Below, one piece after another: positions 1-13,832 of a stretch of DNA of 64,000 bases. Each line of letters opens with the position of its first letter. Within the stretch, counting starts at the first letter, position 1. Source of the DNA: Mytilus trossulus (Eukaryota); the NCBI RefSeq assembly GCF_036588685.1, contig NC_086384.1, positions 16,802,001 through 16,866,000 on the forward strand, written 5' to 3'. The notes beneath the pieces are model-generated. The model saw only the letters and a list, made by a program, of their open reading frames with translations. It was not told where the DNA came from and did no database searches. Both the position numbers and the translations under genes were made by a program.

Positions 1-1304
1 AAATTAATGTATGAGGTTCAAACGCATCACTTAGGTAACTAAACGTAAATCGTTCTGCCAGCATTCTTCGGGGGCTATCGTAGGTTAGGCATTAAAACAA
101 TACACAAAAACATATATTATATACAGCAATACACAACAACCCTTGACGTATGTGCTGACATTCGCCAAAAGGATTAAATTTACAATTAGACAAAAATAAC
201 AGAAAGCGAATTGATATGTTTTAGATATTTTATGAAAGTATCTTATGAACCTTTATTTAATCATTCAGAATAGACAAACCAAGTACATTATGATTGATTT
301 TATTTAAATTTTATGACAATTTAAGACGATAAGACATGTGTCAATGAACAGTGGTAAACTACTGTTTCCTTTATTTGTCCTGTATCTGTCTAGGACAATA
401 TGGTGTACTTGACACAGATGATAGTATCATTTCAAATTGAGACCAAACATCCTTAAAGAGGAAAACAATTATCACTCCGGCGCTATACGTCCTCGAAAAG
501 TTTTCACATTTTCTGAACAAACACAACATTTTATTCGAAATAATTTCAAGTGCCTTTATTTTCTCCTACTCTAGGATAATTAACCAGATACAAAGTAATA
601 TAAAACATGCATCAGAAATTTCAAGATATAACGATGAAATGTGAATAAACATTTAGAGCAAAAGTGTTTATAAAACTTGAATCTCAACTTTGCATCGTAC
701 AGATGTATTTCTAAAACAGTAATACATTTGAAAAACTTGTGGGAAGTTACTGTTGAATGCAAAAGGCAAATCATTTTCAAAGCAATATTACTTCCCAAGA
801 TAAACTCATCAGAAACACAAAAGAAACCGTTGAGCCAAATTTGGTATATGAGTAGGATTTGATGGGGTTAATATGGTCAACTGAATTTAAAAAAAAATGA
901 ACAGCTTAATATTTTTTCATTATTTTTGTATTCATATTCAGCATTGAGAATGACGTGAAACTGTATAAAAAGCTTATTTTTCGCAGATATGTAGGATGTT
1001 ATTTTTAACATTGATCATTTGAATACATATAATGTATGGCAAATAAGACAATTTCAATTTTGAATTTATCAATTTCCCCCAACTTAGTAGCAATCAACCA
1101 AATTAACCTGCATATGGGATATAAATTTCCCAACTCATTCAGTATTCAAAAACTTCCATCCTCTACTCAGACTTTATAAAACGTCACCAGTGTCTGAGCA
1201 AAAAGTTGATGAACCAAGGTTATGTAAAAAATGTATGAAAAAAAGTTACGTGTTAAAGTGTTCTTTGTTTTGTCTTTGTAAATTAAGAACTTGTACGGTT
1301 TATA

Positions 1305-1700
1305 CAAAAAAGAAGATCTAGTATGATTCTAAATGAGACAATCATTCACAAGATACGAAATGACACAGACATTAACAGCTATAGGTCATTGCACGGCCTT
1401 CAACAGTGAGCAAAGCCGGTACATCATAATCAGCTATAAAAGGACCCGAACTCACAAATGTTAAACAATTCAATCGAGAAAACTAACGACCTAATTAATG
1501 TACAAAAAAATGAACGAAAACAATATGTAACATAGCAAAAAACGACGACCACTGAAGTACAGGCTCCTGACTTGGGACAGGCAACTACATACAGAATGTG
1601 GCTGGGTTAAACATGTTAGTGGGATCCCAATCCTCCTCATTACCGGGGACAGTTGTGAAACAGTACAGAATAAGAATGAACATTATAATCAGTTCATAAA
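1305..1700 (+). repeat. Dispersed repeat family 1 (aaaagaagatgtggtatgatt...ggccttcaacaatgagcaaagccc)
   Basis: Further copies at ~25513 (+), 43065-43215 (+), 6975-7100 (-) and 27667-27795 (-). Fragments at ~13980, 31820, 38870 and 52870. Confidence 0.8.
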
Positions 1701-3094
1701 GGGTTAACACATCAGATGGATACAAATAGAAATATATCTAACAAGTGTACAGATTTGAGAGTACTTGCAGTTTTTGACAGCTAGTTAAAAGCCAATAATA
1801 ACTAATAAAAATAATCATGCATCTAAGACTAATGTATCAATCAGTTCACATCCAACATCCAATGGATTTAGTGTAAATTTGTAATGAACAGTTAGAGAAA
1901 AACATGACTTTGTGCAATGCCAAGATACAGGAATCTAAAGATTGTAGATCCATGCAAGTGTACATGTATATAACAATATTATTTTAGTTTGCTTTTTAAC
2001 TGATAACAAAATGAATATAAATACCAATAAAAACAATATTCAAAAATCTTATCACAGTATTTGAAAGGTAACAATTTGGAATAATTTTATTTAAGGGATT
2101 GATAAGTTTACCAGGATCGTTTTCTAAATTTGCAGGCACGGTAAACAACATCGCCGTAAAATGAGGATGTGCCTATCCGTTTGAAATAAGTTTTCTACAG
2201 GACTGGTACAAAAAAACTTCAAAACCAAATCTTTATATCTTTGGAAGAATTTTGTAAAAATTAATTAAGGTAGATTAATCCATGACTTAATAATTTACCA
2301 GTAATACATAGATTACGTTGGTTAAAATCTAAAACGTCACAACAGACACAGGCATAGTAAACTAGTTGTGAAATATTAAAACCGTAAGATGGTGCCAAAG
2401 AAACATCAATATCCAAAAAAGAAAAAGAAACAATAGGGAACGAAAAATCGTCCCTTTTGTCGTAAACGGGTTTCCCGTGTAAAACTGAAATATCTAAATC
2501 CAAGAAAGGACAGTTATTACCGTTTAAATTTGATTTATCTAAGGCAAGTTCCTTTGGGTAAATTTCGGCAGTATGTTCAGAAAGTTCTTGATTATTTAAC
2601 GAAAAAATATCATCAAGATAACGGTAAGAGTTTTGTTGAATTTTTAATTAAATGCAATTAAGACGGGTTTTTACTGAGTTTGGTCATCAACTGTGATTCA
2701 TAACAGTACAAAAACAAGTCCGCTATGAAAGGGATGCAATTAGTGCCCATGAGACCACATATGATATGTCGATAAACTTTGTTGTTGAAGCGTACATAAA
2801 TATAATCAAATAGAAAATTAACAGCTTCAATCATCTCATCACACCTCCAGTAAGTATATCTTCCAAAAAAAGTAATTCCACTATTTTCATATATTTTATT
2901 TCAAAAGTTTATGATTAGTTATTTGATAGTTAAGGAACTATTTAAAAACACTGAAAGATCAGTTGTAGAACACTTACTAGAGGCCGAGATGAAACGATAG
3001 TTTGCTGTTTTTTGTAAAGTTTATGTAACTAATACATAGTATGGAACTTCTGATGTTCAGAAGGGGCCTTCAGCTGTGATGTCGCTATGATATA

Positions 3095-6000
3095 CAGTTG
3101 GGTGCAGACCAAGCATTACATGTAGACGGGCCGAAAAAGTTAACGCGGCGTTTACTCGCGTGCACTTCATGTAAACGCCGCGTTAACTGTTCGTTAACTC
3201 TGAAATTTCAGTAGACATTAAAAGTAAACGGGCGTTTACTTTCGCGTTTACCTCCGCGTTAACGCAAAAACGGCGCGTCTTCTAATTTTGTAAAGAGTAA
3301 ACGGGCGTTTACTTTCCCGTTTACCTCCATGTTAACGTGAGAAGATGCGCGTCTTCTATTTTCGTAAAAAGTAAACGCACGTTTACTGTTTGTAGTAAAC
3401 GCGCGTTAACGCAGAATGTCATCGTATCCTGGATACACTGACCTAAAATATCAAATGATAATAAATGTACATCAACATTAAATGACCAACAGTTAATTAT
3501 AAATTTTATCACACATATGTATTCAATTGAAAAACAGTAAAGTAAATTTCTTGTTCTTTGCAAATTTTAAGTATGTTTATTCAAATAATTTAATCCTCAC
3601 CATAATCAAACAGATTTCTCATTTAAGACAGTCTGACTCGTAAAACAAAATTATTTGATCTATTTAACCAAAACGGACCATATTTATCCTTTATCAAGTT
3701 ATCTATTTAGTAGTAATTCAGTTATATTTTTATGTCATAATGGACATATAATACAATTGAAAGCAATTTTTGAACCAGCATGACCTCTTTTATTTAAAAT
3801 ATTGAATTGTAAACAAATTTCAGTAGTTTTCATTTTTACTGAAATTTGTTTACAATTCAATATTTCAAATAAAAGAGGTCATGCTGGTTCAAAAATTGCT
3901 TTCAATTGACTGACCGCTTAGTAAATGAAATAAATGTTTATGTAAGGATTGATGGTATAATACAAAAGGTAGCAATATTTGAATATTATGACTAAAAAGT
4001 TTTGTTCGCATCAATTTAGAGTGCAGGCATGTACTTTTTTTATTCAAAATATTGAATTGAAACAAATTTCAGTAGTTTTCACACCTCAGACTGACTCTTA
4101 TTATAAATCATTTGTCCGCAAAAACTAAAACTGAAAAGATAAGCATTTTAGTATGTAAATCTATATAGCCACAAAGTAAATATTTTCATGTAAGGATTGA
4201 TTGTATAATACAAAAGGAAGCAATATTTGAATATTATGACTAAAAAACTTTTTTCGCATCAAATAAGAGTGCCAGCATGTCCTTTTTTTATACAAATTAT
4301 TGAATCATGAACCAATTTCAGTAGTTTTCATACCTTATAAAATAATTTGTTTCGCAACAATCAAAACTGACCATACTAGCATTTTATTAGGTAAATCTAT
4401 ATAGTCACATAGTAATTGAGTTATATTTTCATGTAAAGAACTGATTGTATAATACAAAAGATAGCAATATTTGAATATTATGAATAAAAATTTTGTTCTC
4501 ATCAATTTAGAGTTCCAGCATGTTCTTTTTTTATTCAAAATATTGAATTGTAAACAAAATTCAGTAGTTTCCATACCTCAGACAGACTCATATAATAAAA
4601 TTATTTGTCTGCAACAACCAAAATTTACCATATAAGCACTTTATTATATAAGTCTATATAGCCATATGGTAAATGAGTTATATTCTCATGTAAGGATTGA
4701 TTGTATTATATAAAAGGTAGCAATATTTGAATATTTTGACTACAAAAAATTGGTTCGCATTAATTAAAAGTGCCAGCATGTACTTTTTTATACAAATTAA
4801 TGAATCGTAAACCAATTTAAGTAGTTTTCATACCTCAGACTGACTTGTATTATAAATCTATTTGTTTCGCAACAACCAAAACTGACCATCTCAGCATTTT
4901 ATTATGTAAATCAATATAGTCACATAGTAAATGAGTTATATTTTCATGTAAGGATTGATTGTATTATATGAAAGGTAGCAATATTTGAAAAAATATGACT
5001 AAAAAAAATTTGTTCGCATTAATTAAAAGTGCCAGCATGTACTTTTTTATACAAATTAATGAATCGTAAACCAATTTAAGTAGTTTTCATACCTCAGACT
5101 GACTTGTATTATAAATCTATTTGTTTCGCAACAACCAAAACTGACCATCTTAGCATTTTATTATGTAAATCAATATAGTCACATAGTAAATGAGTTATAT
5201 TTTCATGTAAGGATTGATTGTATTATATTAAAAGTAGCAATATTTGAAAAAATATGACTAAAAAAAATTTGTTCGCATCAATTTAGAGTGCCAGCATGTA
5301 CTTTTTTATACAAATTATTGAATCGTTAACCAATTTAAGTAGTTTTCATACCTCAGACTGACTCCTATTATAAAATTATTTGTGCACAGCAACCAAAACT
5401 GACAATATACATGTAAGCACTTAATTATGTAAATCTATATAGGGGCATAGTAAAAGAGTTGTATTTTCATGTAAAGATTGATTGTATAAATTAAACGGAA
5501 GCAATATTGGAACAGTTTAAATAAAAAAAATGGTTGGCATCAATTTAGAGTGCCACAATGTCCTTTTTTTATTCAAAATATTGAATCGTAAAAAAAATTC
5601 AGTAGTTTTCATACCTCAGACTGATTCATATAATAAAATTATTTGTTCCCAACAACCATAACTGACCATATTAGCACTTTTTTTATGTAAATCTATATAG
5701 CTGCAAAGTAAATGAGTTATATTTTAATCTAATGATTGATTGTATTATATAAAACTGAAATGTAGCAATTTTTGATTAGTATGACTAAAAAAAATTGTTG
5801 GCATCAATCATTCTAATTTAGAGTTCCACCATGTCTTTTTTTATTCAAAATATTGAATTGAAACAAATTTCAGTAGTTTTCATACGACTGACTCGTATTA
5901 TAAAATTATTTGTCGGGAACAACCAACACAGACCATATTAGCACTCTATATAGCTGAATAGTAAATCAGTTATAAATCCATGCAAAGGATCGCAATATTT

Positions 6001-6847
6001 GAACATTTAAATTGACGGAATGGTACAAATGACGTACATACTTATGTTACACTTTATTAAATATCCCTGTACAATTGACGTTTGATAATTTGTCAAAACA
6101 AAAGCTTAAATCATGTTAATCCAAGACAAACGAGGGGAATTTCGATTTAAAATTATGTATTAAATGCACCGAGTTATAGTTAGGAATTCGAAGAACAATT
6201 ACAAATGGGGAAAGAAACAACGTAAACCAGGATGTTTATAAAAATATGTTTCCGATGTCTCTGATAACCTTTCTTTCCGTATCGATATTTGTACATGTAA
6301 CTTTTGAAAAGAAAATATAGAACATCTGCTAATAAGTAAAAATAATGGACTTAATGGAACTGATTGTGTGTGATTGAATAAAATTAATATTCGAATTAAA
6401 AGAATTTTGGAATTGTTCTGGTTTAAAACACATATACGTAAAATACAAAGACTAAAGGTCGTTTTTATAAAATAAATGAACAAATGAACTTTATTTCTAA
6501 ATTTAGCTAATCAGTTAACGCGAAAAGTAAACGCGCGTTTACTTTCAAGTGCACGTAAAAATACACTTTTAAAATCTGTAGTAAACGCCCGTTTACTTTG
6601 AAGTGCACGTAAACATAAATTTAACGAATTCTGAAGTAAACGCCCGTTTACTACTGACTAAACGGACACAAAGTAAACGCCCGTTTACCCGGGTAGACAT
6701 TAGAAATTTCCATTTCGACCGCGTTAACGTAATTATAGTAAACGGGCGTTTACTAGTGAACGGGAAATTTGAAGTTAACTAACGAAATATGTGCACGCGG
6801 CGTTAACTTGCGTTTACTTTATGTAATGCTTGGTCTGCACCCAACTG
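3095..6847. mobile_element. Non-autonomous Tc1/mariner-type TIR element (3753 bp) carrying a tandem array
   Basis: Perfect 27-bp TIRs CAGTTGGGTGCAGACCAAGCATTACAT (3095-3121 and 6821-6847) with TA on both sides. The empty site near 27539-27540 has a single TA. No transposase ORF. Confidence 0.9.
3690..5990 (+). repeat. ~255-bp tandem repeat (about 8-9 units) inside the TIR element
   Basis: A gtaaggattgat-like marker recurs at ~3942, 4190, 4433, 4690, 4948, 5207, 5471 and 5730. Confidence 0.9.
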
Positions 6848-8229
6848 TATATGTTTACTATACGACTCTCTGTGAAGCGCACGGACTTGAATGTAGATGA
6901 ATTTAAAATTTCAAACTTAAGAACGTCCGTGTAGTATTTACGGCATTGATTTTTATTCTGAAAATAGACGTTCTACAGCTGACTATGCGGTATGGACTTT
7001 GCTCATTGTTGAAGGCCGTACGGTGACCTAAAGTTGTTAATTTCTGTGTCAGTTGGTCTCTTATGGCGAGTTGTTTCATTGGCAATCATACCACATCTTA
7101 TTTTTTGTATTATTTTCTCTATTATTTAGTTCTGAATTATTCTCAAAATGTTATATTCGAATATCCACAACATTCATACATTTATTTAGATAAGAATCAA
7201 GAGATTTTTTATCACATTTTTTCCCGTTTACACCAATTTTTACAAAATGAGGAGAGCGTATTTTGTGACCTGACTACACTGTTTCCAATCTATTTTAGAT
7301 GGAGACCGATATTTTGGTCCTTTTTAAAAATAGATTTTAACCTCTTTGTCTTGGACGATATTGAGGTCCCCATAAAAACATGGCCGTAGGGGTCATATCT
7401 AAACTTCGACGATTAACAGTTTCAAGTTTAAGGAGTATTGTTTTCTACACTGACGTCTGATGTTACTGACGTATCACTAAAAAAACTTCTGCTTGGTTTT
7501 TTGTATGTTTACGAAATAATAGGTGGTTCTGTCCATTTGTCCATATTCCATATTTTGTAATATTGTTTTGGCGTGGCTCGGTACTTTGACATTCCGCGTT
7601 GTGTTATTTTCATATGTTCCGTGTCTTAATGTCAATTTGTTTTAATAGTAATTAAATTATCACACAATATTGACTACTGTATCCCTATTTTGACATTTTT
7701 ACCTATTACGTCTGTTTGTTTTATTCGCCCATTGTTGTAAATATAGTGGAATTGCATGCTATTGTCATACTAGTGAGAGGTTCAGCTTGATTTTAATAAA
7801 AAACAGATTTAAATAATTATTTTCTTCATAAGGAAATGTCCGGACTAACGCAGAAATATGACAGTTGTTTTAAATTCGTTTGATGTGTTTGAGCTTTTGA
7901 TTGAGCCATTTGAAACGTGACTTACCAGTGCTGAATTTTTCTCGGAGTTAGGTAGTTTTTGGAATTTTAATGTTATAGTCATTCATAAAAGATATGCATT
8001 GAATTATGAATATATGTTAGTATGTATGCAATATTTCATTCAGTTTTCACAGATATACCACTCTTTCATTTTTCCTATTTTCCAAGGTAAATATTTACAT
8101 TGATGAATATAACATATTATATAAATGCATTCATTCATAAATGCAAACAAATTAAAATTGCCAATAAACTGGTCAACGGAAGATTAATATATTCGTTTGT
8201 AAACTAGTTGATATATATTGTACATAATG

Positions 8230-8500
8230 GCATAAAGTAATATACCGGTGTTCAAAAGTCATAAATCGATTGAGAGAAAACAAATCCGGGTTACAAACTA
8301 AAACCGAGGAATAAACATCAACTATTAGAGGAAAACAAAGGAACAACAGGAACACTGAAGTCGAACAAAAACAAACACCAGCATACATAGAAACGAACTA
8401 TTTGATAATAAACTGCCATATTCCTGACTTGGTACAGGACATTTTAAGAAAAATGGTGGGTTGAACCTGATTTAATGGCTCGCCAAACCTCCCGCTTTAT
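8230..8500 (+). repeat. Dispersed repeat family 3 (aaaagtcataaatcgattgagagaaaacaaatccgggttacaaac)
   Basis: Also at ~28880 (+), 34580-34750 (+) and 22885-23012 (-). Confidence 0.8.
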
Positions 8501-8785
8501 GACAATGTTAAAAAAAATCGCTAAAAAGACAATACTACGTGACAGAAATACAGCACAAACTCACGCAAGAACATTCATCACAGAGAAATGCACAAACATA
8601 TAAAACAATAGTCTTCACAAAATGCAAACCGCAAAACAACAACGACCATATTCAATCAATGACAGACACCACCGGATATGTCAAACAGTGACGCGCTTAC
8701 GTTACTAACATGCAATCTCGAACTTTTACAAATATTTTCACAATACTTGTCCAAACAATTGTCATGACAATGTTGGTATTGAAAG

Positions 8786-11700
8786 GCATAATGGATGTTA
8801 CAAATAAATATTAAAAATACTCACCAACTATGGTATTAAACAAACATGTTCATATCTGTACAGTAAATTGTAAAGGCTTACAACAACCTGATAAATGAAA
8901 AAGATTGATTGAATGGTCAAAACCCAAAAAATGTGACATTCTTCTTATGCAAGAAACACACTTTACAGATATCTTGACAAACCATTTAAATACTGAATTT
9001 GAAGGCAAACTTTTACTAAGTAATGGTTCAAGCAATTCAAGGGGTATTGCCATATGGCTGAAAAAAAACTATACTTTAATATTATAGATGACTATAAAGA
9101 TAATGAGGAAAGGCTATTGCTTGTTAATATTGAAATATATGACACTATTATAACAATAGCCAATATTTATGCGCCAAATAAACTGTACATGCTGTAATAG
9201 AAGAAAAAAGTTTGGGTCAACTTATTCTAGGAGGCGATTATAACGAAATGTTATCCCATATTGATTCAAAAAGCAAATCTAAGCACCAAAAAAAAAAAAA
9301 AAACTGCTCACAACTTAAATAAACTTATAAAGTCCTTTAAACTAAGAGATATGGGGAGAAACAGAAATCCAAACAAAGTTCAATATACATGGAGTAGAAA
9401 AGATGGATCGGAGTCGACAAGAATAGATTATTTTTTAATTGCTCCTGAGGTATTCGAAAACTGTGTTTCATGTGATATAAGACCAATAGTACTACAAAAC
9501 ACAGATCACAACAGTGTTTCTTTAAAAATAAATTTAAGTAGAGGACAAAAAGGAAGGGGATACTGGAAACTTAACAGTAGTGTACTTCAAAATGAAGACT
9601 ACATTGAAATAATTAATAAGATAATAAAAAATTATAAAAACAAGCCAAAAACTAAAACTGAACTTGACATTCTATGGGACAATTTCAAAAATGAAGTTAG
9701 AGACCAGACAATCAACTATTGTAAAATAAAAGCTAAGAATAAAAAAGACCAAATCAGCAAGTTGGAAAAAATGTTAACGGAATTAAATATAATTATAGAC
9801 AAATCATCATGCAATGATAAAAACAAAAGCAATTTAGAACAGAAAGTAGAAAATATAGAAAATGAAATAGGAAAACTCTATAATGAGAAAATAAAAGGTA
9901 ATCGAATAAGGGCATGGGTAAAGTGGGTTGAAGAGGGAGAAAAAATTCGGCATATTTTCTAGGGATGGAAAAATCTAGACAGAATAGAAAAACAATAACC
10001 CAATTATGTGATGATAAGGGTCAAGCTACAAGAGATCAAGACAAAATATTAGAATTAGAAGCAAATTATTACAAAAATTTGTACTCTACAAAAAATCCTG
10101 AGATAGAAGAAACAAAAAAGTATTTAGAATCTCTAAAAGAATATAAAAAAAAATGCCCTGAAAGTAATACTTGTGAAGGGGAAATAACTGTTGATGAATG
10201 TACTGATGCAATTTTTAAAATGAAACTTAATAAAGCTCCTGGGCTTGATGGATTAAATGTTGAATTCTACAGAACATTTTGGGAAGAATTACAAACTTTT
10301 ATAGTCGCTACTTTTAATTATTGTTATGAAAAAGGAAAGTTATCAAACACTCAGAAAGTAGGTTTAATATCCTTAATTTATAAAAAAAAAAATGACCCTC
10401 TTTCACTAGATAATTATAGACCTATAACTCTTTTAAATTATGATGCGAAAATACTCGCTTATGCATTAGCACAAAGATTAAAACCCCTGCTACCCAAAAT
10501 TATACACACTGACCAAAAAGGATATGTTAAAAATAGGTATATTGGTTTTAATATTCGACAAATACAAGATGTTATAGATTACTCTAAAACTTTTAAAATA
10601 GATGGAACAATCTTATTCCTTGACTTTACAAAAGCATTTGATTGATTAGAATGGGACTTCATGTTTGAGACTTTATAGAAATTTGGCTTTAAAAATAATT
10701 TTATTAGGTGGGTTCAGACAATGTACTCGGATGCATTATTAATAACGGGTGGGTTTCTACTCGATTCAGTGCTTCTCGTGGAATCTGACAAGGATGTCCG
10801 TTATCATCGTTACTTTTTGTTCTAGCAGTAGAAGTAATGGCAATTAAGATAAGGGAAAATAAAAACTTAAAAGGACTAGAAATAAAACTAGATGGTAAAA
10901 GTAACACTCTGAAAATTTGTCAACTAGCAGATGATACCACTTTATTTCTTCAATCAAAAAAAGATGTTACTCTTGCAATTAATTTAATAGAAATATTTGG
11001 TACTTTCTCAGGTTTAAAATTGAATAAAACAATGAATGAAGGGATATGGCTAGGCCAATTGAAACACTGTCGTGATAAATGTGAAGATATAAATTAGTGT
11101 ACTACACCTATTAAAAGTCTAGGAATTGATTTTGGGCATAATAAACAAACATGTCAAAAATTAAACTTTGAAAAGCAGCTTTTAAAATGTAAAAAAATAA
11201 TAGCCGATTGGAGTAAAAGAAATCTTACTATTATAGGAAAGATAGTCATCATCAAATCACTTGTTTTGCCAAACCTAACATATATTGCATCAAACACTAT
11301 AATTCCTTAAAAAAATGTTGCAAAATTTTAAAACTTTGATATAATTGTATATGGAAAGGTAAAAAAGACAAAATAAAAAGATCCACACTTACAAAAGATT
11401 TTTTGGAAGGTGGACTTAAAATGACAGACATTGATGTTTACATAAAATCATTGCATATCAATTGGATTCTAAAATTAAGCGAAGATAAAAATGATAATTG
11501 GACAATCATTCCAAAATTTTATTTCAACAAATTAGGGGAAAATCTTCTTGTATTCAAAATGAATTTAAAGAGTATTAAAGACATTGATCAAAATAAGCCA
11601 GACTTCTACAAGCAACTAATTAAAGATCGGATTAGTGAAAAAGGAGGGAACACAAAAGATCCCAAAAGATTTTTTGAAATCAGAAAACAAGTTTTGTGGG

Positions 11701-12834
11701 GTAATGATAATATTAGGTTTAACAGAAAATGTCTATACTTTGACGACTGGATAAAAAGCGATATAATTAATATAAATGATATCATTGATGAACAGAGTAA
11801 AATCTCTGAAACTACAATCTTATCTAAGCTTAAATATAAACAAAATTGGATAAAGCAAATAAATATGTTAAAAAAAGCTATACCAAAGAAGTGGAAACTA
11901 ATTCTTTGTACTGAAGAATCCATCAAAACTAAAGTTAAAGTTGTCAACGACTTAAAACTTAGGTATACAACAATAATTCCATTAACGAGCACTAGAGAAC
12001 TCTATAAAATATTCAAACTAAAAGAAAATCATGAAAAACCAAACGGTTTTCTTTTATGGGAAAAATTATTTGACAAACATTTAAATTACAAGTTCAAAAA
12101 TAACTTTGTTTTTATTTTTCAATATCTCACTGACAACAGATTGAAAATATTTAGATGGACACTTATTCACTATATTCTGCCATGTAATGAACTATTAAAA
12201 AAGTGGAAAATTACTGAAGACAACTTATGTAAGCATTGTAAAGAAAAAGATAACTATGAACACTTTTTTGTCAACTGCTCATTTAATACAGACTTCCTAA
12301 AAATAGCAATGAAATTAATGAACTCCCTAGGTATAGACAAAAACATTTTAAGTCTTGAAAATCTAGTAATAGGGTACAAAATTGAAGACTCGGCATACTT
12401 TGATATTAACTACATACTAACAATAATATCCTTTTCATTATATAAAGCATATTATGTCTCAGAAAAAAAAAAAAAAAAAATAAACATTTTGAAAATTTTC
12501 CAAAAAGAAATTTCAGATATTATTGAAATGAACAAATTTAATAACAAAAATAATAGTTAGACAATTCTAAAAACAAATAAATTCATTGAAGATTATACAA
12601 AAAAAATCAGAATTAAATCAGTTTTAAATGTCTGAAACATTATATTATAAAAAGAACAAAACGTAAGCACAATTTTTAATTGTTTACATGCCATATATGG
12701 TCATGTTTATTCACAGGTTCAATCATGCATGTCGGCATGTGTTACAAATATGTTTGTAATAATGTTCAACCATGCATATGTAACGCCATGTTAAATATTG
12801 TTGTTTTATTCATAAACATTATAAGAAAAAAAAA
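8786..12834 (+). mobile_element. Dead Tx1/L1-clade LINE ORF2 (APE endonuclease, RT, C-terminal CCHC)
   Basis: ATG at 8830 (MVLNKHVHICTVNCKGL..LMQETH). Motifs TRIDYF, TDH, GRGYWKLN, KAPGLDG, NYRPITLLN, LDFTKAFD, QGCPLS, QLADD and CKHCKEKDNYEHFFVNC. Multiple stops and frameshifts. The A-run at 12826-12834 is a tentative 3' end. Confidence 0.93.
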
Positions 12835-13699
12835 GATAAACATGTGTAATCACGATTATTTAATATTTTTTTCATAGTGTAGACAAATTGTGAATTGTGC
12901 ACGCTAAAATGAATGATTTAACTTGTGTAATACATATACACGACGACATACAATAGATCAGTAGAAATTTAAACAAAAATTGTATACTTACCGAACTTTA
13001 TAAAATAAGTTAAATCCTGTTTATATAAGAATATTTAGACACACTCGATAATGCGATAACGCACATGCTTTCCGAACCAAAACTAAGCCCAATTTCTTTC
13101 AATGGAACACGGATCATTTGATAAAATCGATAACGGAAAAAAATTCCGGAAAATTTAATGTATAAAAAAAAACAAGAAATTTTTAACAAAGATCTGTATG
13201 TGTATTCACAATATTTATTTTATATAATTGTGAAATCAATTACACTATAGCTACTAATATTATGAATAAGTTATATCTTATGTTAAACTATTAGGTAAAC
13301 TAACATGAGGGATACTAAGTTACAAGCTGTAAACTTAGTAAATTGTTACAGCAAATATAAAATAAAGATATTATTACGTTTAAAAAAAAAGTCATTTCCC
13401 AGTGAATATAAGGTTTTTGAAAGAACAGTTTTGACATATCTGTACTACACACAGAATACTTCCGAGACCACACTGTTTACAACTTGGGAAGAAATACACA
13501 CTGTTTAACTGATTAGCAAGATATCAAAGTTCTAGATCTACCACCTTATACGATCTTATACCAGTCAAGTTCGCGATTTTCATTTTGAAGATCTTCTTCG
13601 TGACTTTTTTTACATTCATTTTTAAAATCCTTGATTATTTCTTCATCTTCAATTTTAGCAAACAAGTTAATTCTCCTATAAGTTGCATACTTTTCACCA

Positions 13700-13832
13700 A
13701 ATTTACTATTGTCCCGTCGGAAAGTCGCCGGTTGCTACAATGCAAATTCTGGTGAAAGGGACGTAATTCGTACAAAACGTCGCAATATTTCGCGGAATCC
13801 GGTAGATGGCGTTCATTTACTGTTACTTGACC
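13700..13832. mobile_element. Orphan right end of a Kolobok-like element
   Basis: catttactgttacttgacc-TTAA at 13814-13836 matches the 56896 terminus. The intron repeat backbone resumes right after it. Left boundary unknown. Confidence 0.5.

Larger units (their letters stand above)
2050..7480 (-). mobile_element. Decayed Penelope-like retroelement RT, split by the 3095-6847 insertion
   Basis: Minus-strand motifs: GDLNIV..KGPKYR (~7310-7375), MGTNCIPFIADLFLYCYE (~2700-2750), YRYLDD (~2608-2626), and FLDLDI..VYDKRDDFSFPIV..APSYG..ISQL (ORF 2261-2503). Many frameshifts; boundaries approximate. Confidence 0.8.
1..8788 (+). repeat. Segmental duplication, copy 1 (paralog 24209-29433)
   Basis: Offset 24208 at the start; ORF-track entries 677 and 24885 are identical. 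Copy 1 carries an extra insertion at 3095-6847 and lacks about 220 bp present at ~27078-27303. Confidence 0.95.

Noticed and set aside
677-862. Identical 61-aa ORFs at 677 and 24885, and other paired short ORFs
   Set aside because: Identity is explained by recent duplication. There are no motifs, and frames are not kept in older copies of the same module.
9261-12560. RT next to repeats as a retron, DGR or other diversity-generating RT acting on the LRR exons
   Set aside because: The RT is an ordinary broken APE-type LINE. There is no template/variable repeat pair, and the exon differences are not adenine-specific.
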